A stretch of DNA of 43,589 nt from Kipferlia bialata (taxonomy: Eukaryota). The notes beneath the pieces are model-generated. The model had not been told where the DNA came from. It did not search any database and was given only the letters and a program-made list of their open reading frames with translations. Below are positions 25,047-34,863 of this stretch, one piece after another. Location of the stretch: positions 1 to 43,589 of the forward strand of contig BDIP01000025.1 of the NCBI GenBank assembly GCA_003568945.1, given 5' to 3'. The translations under genes and the position numbers were made by a program. Numbering within the stretch: the first letter of the stretch is position 1; the number at the start of each line of letters is the position of its first letter.

Positions 25047-25661
25047 TGAGTCACTGTAGGCGAAACATACTTGTGGATACAGACACACGAGCTTCTGGAA
25101 ATAGCGGATGACTCTATGATGACTCCAGTGTGGTCTCCAACCGGCCACTGCGTACTTATACGACGGCGATCCTACTAGCATTGATAGGAGTTGGTACTTC
25201 TCAAAGACAAGTTCTCATGGTGTAGCATTATCAACACTTATGGTCTTGATGAATATGTCCACCGTCACTGACCCTTACATATCTGGCTGAACGAAAGGTT
25301 CTCTGTCCTTTACAATGTTGTTTACATACTTAGAATTCTCTTCACTGCGTCTTACCGAGTCATGATGTCTAATCAATGTTCAGTGCGATGGATGGTTGTG
25401 TCTGAACGTCAGCATGGGCATACCGGTCCCGCGAGTTGTAGTAATGGTATGTCAATTATCGACGCAGGATATGTATAGTAGAAGTACCAATAACATCTGT
25501 CCTCCTCAATAATTCTCACTTTTCGCTGGAACTCAGTGTGAAAACCGCAGTGTTTGACAACCTGACTGATGACTAGGATTAGAGTCATTCCATTCGAGTG
25601 ACGGCAACGTCTTAGCACTGTGCTCTGATGTCAAGCACCTGGGGGTTACCCGTCTGAGTCA
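25047..25661. promoter_or_regulatory. cluster of TGAGTCA / ATGACTC (AP-1/GCN4-like) motifs
   Basis: Six copies at 25047, 25108, 25119, 25357, 25582 and 25655 in a non-coding spacer. Confidence 0.4.
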
Positions 25662-25953
25662 CTACGTTTACGAGCCTCGTAACGAGGTCTTTCTGATTTG
25701 CATCAGATGCCATAGCTACACGACAGCGGTGTGTGTGTGCAGTCTTTGGGTCATTGAGACTGACCCAGTATCAATACATGCTCAGTATCCCTTAGTACCT
25801 CACGTGCAGGAATCACAAACCAGGACACCTGTCATACCAGGGACACCAGTTGACAAATATAGTCTATTCCAAACGTTACAAATAACACAAAACTCAATAA
25901 TAATACTACCAACACTCGATAACACGGAAACCTCACCACTACACTCCACTTGC

Positions 25954-26566
25954 TCACTTAGCCCTGCGTCTGCGAGACCTGGATGCGAGGAGCATGTGGG
26001 TGCCGTTGGGAGTGGTGGCCGGTGAGCTCTGTGACGACCCTGGGACAGCTAGGCTGGATGGGTATGGAACCGAGACAGTCCTCTTCCTACTGCTTCTCCT
26101 CGGTGTGCTAGGGGTGGTGGGTGTCTCAATCTGGATGGACTCAGAGACAGAGCCCTCGACAGTGGCCTCGGACTCCACCCCTGCCTCTGACCCAGGCGAG
26201 GGGGTGTGCACCTTGGCGACCCTCTTAGGCCGCGTAGAGGTAGCAGTGACAGTGACGCCTGGGGTCTTGGCCCTGCCCCTCCTAACAGGGGTCACAACCA
26301 GATCTGGAGTCACACTGCCGTAGTTTGCCTTCCTCTTGGCTACCCTCTTGGTCCGACTGGAGGCAGCGGTCACCACGGTCTCCCTGGGAAGGGGTCTCTT
26401 CGCTACCCTAGAGGACACACCCTCGCCCTTCTTAGCCCTCCCGGACCTGGTGCTAGGGCGGCGGGCCTTGCTGGCCGGTGTGGTTGCACCACTCGTGCCA
26501 ACAGGAGTACGGGGGGTGACGCCTGCCTTGGTAGCCCCCCTACCACGTCTAGGGTATCTGGAAGAG

Positions 26567-26597
<31 letters not shown>

Positions 26598-29500
26598 GGG
26601 GCGGCACCAGAGGCACAGGCTCCCCGTCTGCCCCCAGTCTCTTGATGTACCATGGGAGCTGCCTGAGAGAGCTGAGTTGGTATGATGTTATGGGGGGCTC
26701 CACGAACCCCACAGCAGCCATCTTTGCGATGTGCTCTGTCTCCCACTCTCTGAAGGCGGCATCACTAGCAAGGTCAAAGGGCCACAGGTCCTTCACCTCC
26801 TGCGGCGAGAACTGCAACGGCTCTCTAACCTCGTCCAGTGTGTGAAGAAGGACACCCTCAGCAAGAGGGTCTGCACCTGGTACACTCTCCCCACCATCCG
26901 CACCATCCGCACCATCAGTACTGGTACCAAGGGGGCATGGGAGGCCTGGGACACCGACAGCGGGGACCTCCACCTCTGTGTGATCTGCCTCTGGGAATAC
27001 AGGCAACACAGGCTGTGCACCAGCCTCAGCCTCAGTCTCTGGCTGGGGCCACATGGGACCAGTACTATGGGTGCCTAGCAGAGTGGTGCCTAGGTCCATG
27101 TAGGAAGGGGGATCAAGCATGGCGATCGGGCTGTCACAGGGGGCCAGGGACGGCTCCAACAGTGTCTCTGCCACACTAGAGGTGGAGGAAGAGGCGTCGC
27201 GGGGGACCGCCTTGGGAGTATGGGGTACAATCAGGTCTGGCTCACTAATAGCAGGGACTCGCACATCACCGGAGTGGGAGACGGAGTCAGTCTGGGAGAC
27301 CACAACGCCTCCCTCTCCCTCTCCCTCTCCCCCCCCCTCTCCCTCTCCGTCACTCTCTGCAACGACAGAGGTCTCTACCGGGACCACCGGAACCTGCGAA
27401 TGCACTACGGGAGTCGGCTCAGGAGACGATAGGGGAGCCTGGGCCTCGGCCAGAGGCTCCTCCTGGACAGCAGCAGAGCCATCACCAGCCACAATGGGGT
27501 CAGATGGGTCTTGGGTACTTAGGCCATCGACAGAGACAGGAACATCGGCTGACTGGGGCCTATCAGAACTCTCGCCAGTGGGAACCTCAATCTCTGCCTC
27601 TTCTTCCACCTCTGCCTCTTCCACCACCTCTGCCTCTTCTTCCACCTCTGCCTCTGCCTCTGCCTCTGCCTCTGCCTCTGCCTCTGCCTCGCTGTCTTGA
27701 GTCGCCATCCCCTCAGTCCCAGGCTCAGCTGTGGGAGAGTACTCAGAGGTGGTCTCTGCGCCACTGGACAGAGGGGTGTCAGAGGAGGTGGAAGTGGGAG
27801 CGTCAGATACGGTGACCTCACTCCCAGTCTCATCTGCCACCCCCTCCTCTTCACCACTAGCTGGTGTCTCACTGGCGTCTGTACCGTCCATCTCAACATC
27901 CCCTGCACCCTCGGTGACCTCCTCTGCCACAGGAGGGGAGGACTGCCGCTGGGCATCTCTGTCCCGCCTCGCCTGGGCCATCTCAGCCATCTTCTGCTCC
28001 TGTTCAAGCTTCAGGCGCTCTCTGTTCTTAGCCCTCTCCTCTCTCAGCCTCGACCGCTCCTTCTGGCGGGCCTCCCTCGCCGCCTCTGCCTCTGCATCTT
28101 CTATCACGATGGCAGCGTGTCTCTCGGCCTTCTGGGTCAGACGGTTGATACGCTCATCCTCCTCGTCCTCCTCCCGCTTCCTCTCCTCTCTAGTCTTTCT
28201 CCTGGGCTTCACCCTCACCTTAGTTTCCCTCTCCTCCTCTTCAATCTCCACCTTCACAGAGTCCTGACGAGCAGACCCCCGCTCCCTTCTCTCCTTGGCT
28301 TTCTCTCTCCGCTCCTTCATTTTCCTGTCTCTCTCTTCCTTCTCCTTCTCTCTCTCAAGCCTCGCCTTCTCTCTCTCAAGCCTCGCCTTCTCTCTCTTAA
28401 GCCTTGCCTTCTCTCTCTCCCTCTCCTTCTTCTCCCTCTCCCTCTCCTTCTTCTCCCTCTCCCTCTCCTTCTTCTCCTTCTCCTCCTGCTTCTTCTTGAC
28501 AGCCTCTGCCTCCTGCAGCGCCTTCTCTCTCTTCTCCTTCTCTCTCTTGGCCTGAGCCTTGGTCATACGGGGTGTGACGCTAGGCTTGCTGGCTCCCTTT
28601 CCCTTCCCTCTAGCCTTCGCCCTGCCCTTAGTCACTGCCTTCTGCACCTCTGGGATCACCTCTGGCACCACCTCTGGGACCGGAACAGTCACCTCATGCT
28701 CCTCCCCTGCCCCCACCTCCTCCAGAGACTCTTCCTCGGTGTCGGTCTCAGCACCAGTCTCAGCACCAGTCTCCGCCTTAGTATCGGCCACAGCACATGC
28801 CACAGTGTCAGAGTGCGGAACAGCCAAGGTAGGAAGGCTGGCAGAGACAGAGACAGGGGCAGACACTGCGGCAGAGGCAGCTGCAGTGACAGTGACATGC
28901 TCAGGCAAGGGAGAGATGGACGGCACATGGGAGTAGTGGACCATCGACACGTCCCCCATTCCGCCACCCTCCATCTCACTGGCCTGGGTCGTCTCCTCGT
29001 CCTCCTCCCTATCCTCCGAGCTGCTGCTGCTCTCCTCCTCCTCAGTCGCAGCCTCCAGAGACGCCTTCACCTGTCTGATCTCCTCCTTCTGGGCCTTGGC
29101 AGCCTCCTTGGCCCTCAGGTCAGCCAGTCTCTTGGCCTCCTTATCCTCCCTAGCCTTCTTGGCGGCTGCCCTCTTCTGGCGCAGAGCCTTGGCCTTGTCG
29201 GCCTTAGCCTTGGCAGCTGCGGCCTTGGCTGCGGCAGCCACCCTCTCTGCCTCCTCCTTCGCCAGCCTCTCCTTCTCCTTTGCTCTCTCCCTGGCACGCT
29301 TCTCCCGCTTCTCCCTGGCTAATCTCTCCTTCGTCTCCTTCTTGCCCTGGGCGGCGCTCTTGCGCTGAGGCCTGCCCTTGGAGGTGGTTGTCACGCCCTT
29401 GCTCTCGGCCTCTGCCTTGAGGCTGGCCTTGAGAGCTGCAGCCTCCTCGGCACGCCTCGCCTGCATCTCCTCCTTCTGTCGCTGCTTCTCCCTGGCCTCC

Positions 29501-31527
29501 TCTAACAGCACGGCCCTCTCCTCAGGAGTCGCCTCCTCCAGCTGCTTCTTCCGTGCCTCCTCAGAGGCCTCTCTGTTCTTGGTCACGGTCTCGGCATTCA
29601 CCATGCGCCTGATCTGACTGTGAGTACGCCATAGTTAATAGAACAGAGATCGATGGATGAAACACACTCATATACATTACATACATGTACAAGTATGGTA
29701 CCTTGGTGACGAGCTTGTTGCTGACCCTGGTGATGATCTGGATGCACCTGTAGCAGCAGGGGTTGAAGGGGTCGTAGATGAGTCTGATTACGGGGATGGC
29801 CGGGTGCTGCAGTCCGATAGGGGTGGGGGGAGGCATGGCGTCGATCTCATGCTGCATCTTGAGGATCAGCTCACGCTTCTCCTTGGGGATGCTCCTGAGA
29901 CAGACTGGCGTGAGGGGGAGGCAGGGATAAATCACATATGCAGACCAACACAGAAGAGTATACGCCAAGTATAGCACGACCCACTCACACTTGGTGCAGC
30001 ACTCGTAGTCGAATGTGGCCATGCTGGCCGGCTCTGTCTTGGGGGGCAGGCCCCGGGAGTGGGTCTTGTGGGGTGTCTTGTAGGGGGTGGCCGAAGGAGT
30101 TGGCTTCTTCTTTGGCTTGGGGGTAGGCTTAGCCTTGGGGGCAGGTCTCGACCGAGTAGTGGTGGATGTGGTGGCCCCGCGCCTGGATCTCGTCTCCTGC
30201 TTCACCTTGACCCTGGCCCCAGCCATGGCTCCCTTCCTACCCAGGGGTATGGTGAGGGCCCCTGCCCCCCTCCGAGGCCTAGTGTCCTTCTTGGCCTTGA
30301 CCGCCTTGGGCTTGCCGGCCTTCTGCACCTGGAAGGAGTGGTCCTTGGTGAGCCACGGCATGGGCGTGGCTCCCTTGCCCTTGCCCTTCCCCTTGCCACC
30401 AGAGGGCTCCTTGGGCCTCTCTCTCTCCTTCCTCTCTGCCTCCCGAGCCTCCCACTCCCCAAGCTCCTTGGCCTGCTGGGCCCACTCCATGCTCTCCTTC
30501 ACAGCCAGGAGCTCTCTCAGCACGCTGAGGTTCTTGCGGGTCTCTCTGCTCTTCCTATGCTCCTTCAACTGCTCAATCTCCCTCCTGATGTCTAGGATCT
30601 GGGTGCGCCTCCGAGAGATGCTGGTGTGGGAGTTGCCCTGGTACACCTGGACATCAGTGACATGTATGGAGGGAAGTACTGACTACAGTATTGGGGGTGG
30701 TTCGGTACCTTAGTCATGCAGCCACTGGGGTCCACCGACAGGAATCTACCCCAGTCAGCAGGAGGAGCGGGACTCTCGGAAGACGAGGGAGAGGGAGAGG
30801 CGGAAGGAGACGGAGAGGTGCGGCGTGGGAAAAGAGCAGAGCGCTTGACCCCTGACTTGCCCCTCCCGGGTGTGTCTGCCTCTGCCTCTCTCGAGGGGCC
30901 ACGGGTACGCTTGGCAGGGTGTGTGGGGGAGGTAGAGGCAGTCGCCGGTCTCTTGCTGCTCCTGGAGAGGGGATGCCTGGTGCTGGACTCAGAGACAGGG
31001 GCGGAGGGGGTGCGGTTCTGAGGCTCGTCATCCTCCTCGTCCCCTGGTAGAGGAGAGTGGGAACCATCCTGCGTAAGAACGTCGAGGGAGAGAACACCGA
31101 TCACATTCAACGCACACACACTGTAGTGTTAGAGCACCCACCTTGCTGCGGGTCATAAGGACGTCTCCCTGGGCCTGTGTCTCGGGACTGTGGGGCTCCA
31201 AGGGGTGGAAGCGTCTATAAAGGAGGGCCTGTGGTGTAGGTTCGTAACAAACAATAACAGTGTCACAACAAAGTCAGTGAGCGCACTAGTACGGTATATA
31301 CACGGTAGCAGATGCACACTTACGTTGAAGCACTGCCTCCTGGTGTCGTCCATGTCGGCATTGCCTAGACACTCGTGGATACCAAAGATGCACATGATCC
31401 TGGGTCAGAGGGATAGAGAGAGAGAGGGGGGGGGTATTGAGAGACAGACCATACGCACTCCTTGTTGTTCATGCGCCCTGTTGCTGGGTCCAGGAACCAC
31501 TTGGCGATGCACTGCGTGATGGCGTCA
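25954..31527 (-). CDS. large hypothetical protein (>1700 aa): Cys-rich domains, K/E/R coiled coil, acidic region, basic S/T/P-rich tail; 5' end lost at gap
   Basis: Terminal exon 25954-29613 (1216-aa ORF); exon 29702-29904; long exons about 29989-30646 and 30711-31068; small exons up to 31527. Splicing yields ECCTK|FCLRSIP and CIAKWFLDPATG motifs. Confidence 0.82.
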
Positions 31528-31587
31528 CTGGGGTGGGTGGGGGGGGGGGGCATGGGAGAGAGAGAGATAGAGAGAGAAACTGATAGA

Positions 31588-31677
31588 NNNNNNNNNNNNN
31601 NNNNNNNNNNNNNNNNNNNNNNNNNNNNNNNNNNNNNNNNNNNNNNNNNNNNNNNNNNNNNNNNNNNNNNNNNNNNN
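31588..31677. other. assembly gap (90 N)
   Basis: N run; G-rich run on the right side. Confidence 1.
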
Positions 31678-32200
31678 GGGGGCGGGGGGGGGGGGTTGCT
31701 TTGCCTATGGGTCACGGCAGGAGTATATACATAGTATAGGAGAGGGAGAGTTGAATGCAGGGCCTAGGGGAGGTATATGATGTGGTCGGTCAGAGTTGAC
31801 TGCAACAGACACATGCATCTCGATTTCTATTGACGAGACGCCTGATACTCCACTTCGACTAGTATTCCCCACAGGACATCAGTATTCATATTCTATATAT
31901 ATCCCTTGTCCCCATCATTCTCTCTGGTTGTATAGTTCCTATAGTTCCTTCAGTACCTATCTTGAATATGGGTGTCAGCCAGTTGAACATGAGCTTGCTC
32001 CACACACTGGCCTCGCACTCACTCCCCATGCACGCATCACACCCATCCTTACAATGAGGGTCCCCAGCACAATGGGCGTCAGGTAAGGTCTCTCCCATGA
32101 CTGAAGAGAGAGAGAGGCGCATCTATTCATCGTTTTGATTGAAAGAATCAGACCTTACCCATAAAATGCCCATATAATCAATGACGCACTGAAGACCACA
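31678..32200 (-). CDS. 5' fragment of an ABCC/MRP-type ABC transporter, truncated at gap
   Basis: Exon 31957-about 32120 encodes CEASVWSKLMFNWLTPIFKIG and the next exon continues KATP, matching the ABCC L0/lasso motif A-S-x-W-S-K-L-x-F-x-W-L-x-P-L-x-K-x-G-x-K-x-P-L. Upstream hydrophobic exon VVFSASLIIWAFY at 32159-32200. Confidence 0.65.
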
Positions 32201-32869
32201 CTGAGCGGTAGGGGTATATATTGAGTAGTGTGATTCTTCTGGGTGTATAGTGGATAGGCGTGTGTCGATATCACCAGCGTGGGAGGCAGTGAGATGCGGA
32301 GAGAGAGAGAGGGGGGGGGGGGGGGGGGATAGAGATAGAGAAGAAACTGTACGGAAACGGAAGCATAATCAGTAGCATCAGAACTGGGGAGAGGAAAAGT
32401 GGTGTGGGGGTGTTGGGTGTGTGTGGGTGTGTGTCCTAACATGATAGAGTGAGACGGCAACATTGAAAGAAGATACTTATGAAAGACACACATGTGATAG
32501 AACATATGACGATACTGGATGATACAACTGTGACCGCCGAGAGAAGTGGCGGGGGGGGGGGAAGGGGGTCATATGCTTATTGACAAGATTAGACTGAATG
32601 TAACAGTGATCAATTGGGAGACATTTGTCTCCATACACGAGACAGTCATATGGTTACACCTCCTGCACCATACGACTACCCTTGACACAACATACCTAAG
32701 GGTAACCTCTGGGTGTCAATGTCCCTTCTCAGCACCAAGTGTGGGGAGAGACTCTCTAGAAAGGCCGATTGGACACTGAACTGATGACTCCAGCGCTCTG
32801 CAAACGTTCGAAACGGTTTCTTCATTTGGAAGAAGACATTATTCGATCTGAGACACTATTAGATCTCAT

Positions 32870-32885
32870 TTACTAGGCCTAGTAA
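32870..32885. other. perfect 16-bp palindrome TTACTAGGCCTAGTAA (copy 2)
   Basis: Read directly. Confidence 0.9.
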
Positions 32886-33107
32886 TACCTCCAGGGTGGC
32901 CGTAACATTGGTTACCAGGTATGTTAGTATTACAGACGGTTCACAGCATCAGTACAACACGCATACGTCTTAGATCTATTCGTACCAATGTGTCAATTGC
33001 ACAGAACAGATTTGGTGGCCCTCAAGTATAATGAAACAATATGCTGGTTCCTACTGATTGGCCGATAGTATAACCAACAACCACTGACTACTGCCGTCTC
33101 TTGAATG

Positions 33108-33149
33108 AATCAATCAGAAATCAATCACGAATCAATCAGGAATCAATCA
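33108..33149 (+). repeat. 4 x AATCAATCA at 11-bp period
   Basis: Copies start at 33108, 33119, 33130 and 33141. Confidence 0.92.
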
Positions 33150-33225
33150 TGAGCCAGGAGGCTACGCGATGAATGATGATGGCAGATGGTCTTTCAGGGG
33201 GGAAAGCCCCCTCGACTATCAGTGT

Positions 33226-33549
33226 CTACAGCTGGACAATTGAGTATGAGCCTAGCTTCACAAAGGAGAGAAGCTCAGCACATGGGGTGAGTCACACACA
33301 CACACATATATATATATATAGATATACACACACACACATATATATATATACAGAGAGAGAGAGAGAGAGAGAGAGAGTATATCTGTAAACACACCTGGAC
33401 CAGGGATCAGCTCGTCTGACTTGTAGTAGAAGACAGCCATAGATACAAAAGTATACACCTGTCTACCTACATATCTATACAGGCCTATATATATATACTT
33501 TATATACCCGGGTCTGGTATCAGCTCATCAGGCTTGTAGTAGAAGGCAG
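33226..33549 (-). pseudogene. relic 3' end of a gene with a duplicated 42-nt exon
   Basis: Exon copies 33508-33549 (AFYYKPDELIPDP; AG/GT intact) and 33395-33436 (VFYYKSDELIPGP; acceptor AG>GG). Terminal exon GAELLSFVKLGSYSIVQL* has acceptor CTCACCCCAT instead of ...CAG. Confidence 0.35.
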
Positions 33550-34264
33550 CTATAGATATATATACTATTTAGGAATCTACCCATATTACCCTATATAGTG
33601 TAATTAGAGCATAGTTATATGTATGTATAGGGTAGGATTCAGGAGGACAAAGGTGATTGATTATCGAGTGGAAACTGGACAACACAAGACGCATCAAACG
33701 GTGTGGGATTGCAATGTGTATACTGAGTTGTTCCCTCTCTCTCTCTCTATCCACTGTGTACTCAGTATCCGGTGCCGTCTTCCCAATGAGTTTCTCCCTT
33801 GGTCCTGGTTGGACCTTTGACTCCATATCCATGAGGGATGGAGAGGGGATATGCACTGTGAGGGAGAGAGAGAGAGAGGGAGGGGCAGAGCTTGTGGTCA
33901 AGAGCGGGGACGCTGAGGTGTGTGTGGTGCACCTGAGGCGCACTGAGTATGTATCAGACCCCATTGAGGGGTGTGAGGGGCAGGGTACTTATGATACTGT
34001 CTCTAGAGGTACTGGACTGAGACCCCTCCCTCTCCCTCTACCCCAGCCTCTTCCTCTTCCCCTTCCTATCGCAGTGGTCAACACAGACAGGTATATATAT
34101 GTAGTATATAAAAGTGTATATAGCAGTAGACATCTGTGTTGCTGGAAGAACTATCAGCCAAGTGGCTTCAGGGTATGGATATAATTGTCTCCTAACAGAT
34201 AGTATAGATCTAATGTGAGTTCTACCTATGCATAATACACAGTATCCTACACACTATACACTAG

Positions 34265-34494
34265 AACTGACTCTTACAGCAGAGAGTGTGAGTCCGTGTG
34301 CCCTCTCAACGACTCCTCTGAGTCTGACTCCATAAGGGAGAGGGAGAAGCAGGACAAGAAGGACAAGAAGAAACAGAAGAAGAAGCAGAAGGCTAAGAAG
34401 GTCAAGGCCCCAGCTGGCATACTGCCCGTCAGAGTGGTGGAGGGGGAGATAGAGGTATGCTCTCATTGGAATGTACTCTCTCTCTCTCCTCATA

Positions 34495-34525
<31 letters not shown>

Positions 34526-34829
34526 NNNNNNNNNNNNNNNNNNNNNNNNNNNNNNNNNNNNNNNNNNNNNNNNNNNNNNNNNNNNNNNNNNNNNNNNNNN
34601 NNNNNNNNNNNNNNNNNNNNNNNNNNNNNNNNNNNNNNNNNNNNNNNNNNNNNNNNNNNNNNNNNNNNNNNNNNNNNNNNNNNNNNNNNNNNNNNNNNNN
34701 NNNNNNNNNNNNNNNNNNNNNNNNNNNNNNNNNNNNNNNNNNNNNNNNNNNNNNNNNNNNNNNNNNNNNNNNNNNNNNNNNNNNNNNNNNNNNNNNNNNN
34801 NNNNNNNNNNNNNNGGGCTTTTTTTGGGT

Positions 34830-34863
<34 letters not shown>

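Noticed and set aside
25299..25445. snRNA-like words (ACAGAGA on minus at 25300-25306, TGTAGTA at 25437, CCTTTAC)
   Set aside because: Isolated 7-mers without the flanking U6, U2 or U5 sequence or structure
24978..25652. RNase MRP/P-like pair GAAAGCCCCA ... TGGGGGTTAC
   Set aside because: The P4 pairing has a mismatch, spacing is about 660 nt, and no other conserved regions were found
27697..29322. 541-aa plus-strand ORF and other long ORFs opposite gene B, the 39682-41793 gene and fibrillarin (e.g. 41914-42597)
   Set aside because: Antisense shadows of low-complexity coding sequence (L/S/P-rich), with no splice or homology support
33173..34184. Plus-strand ORFs 33173-33388 and 33657-34184 as the GH5 N-terminus
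   Set aside because: I could not join them in frame with canonical splice sites, and they overlap minus-strand exon-like relics; left unannotated
34496..34863. Long poly-C/G tracts as G-quadruplex or telomere-like elements
   Set aside because: They border gaps and contig ends, so their lengths are unreliable and probably sequencing-limited
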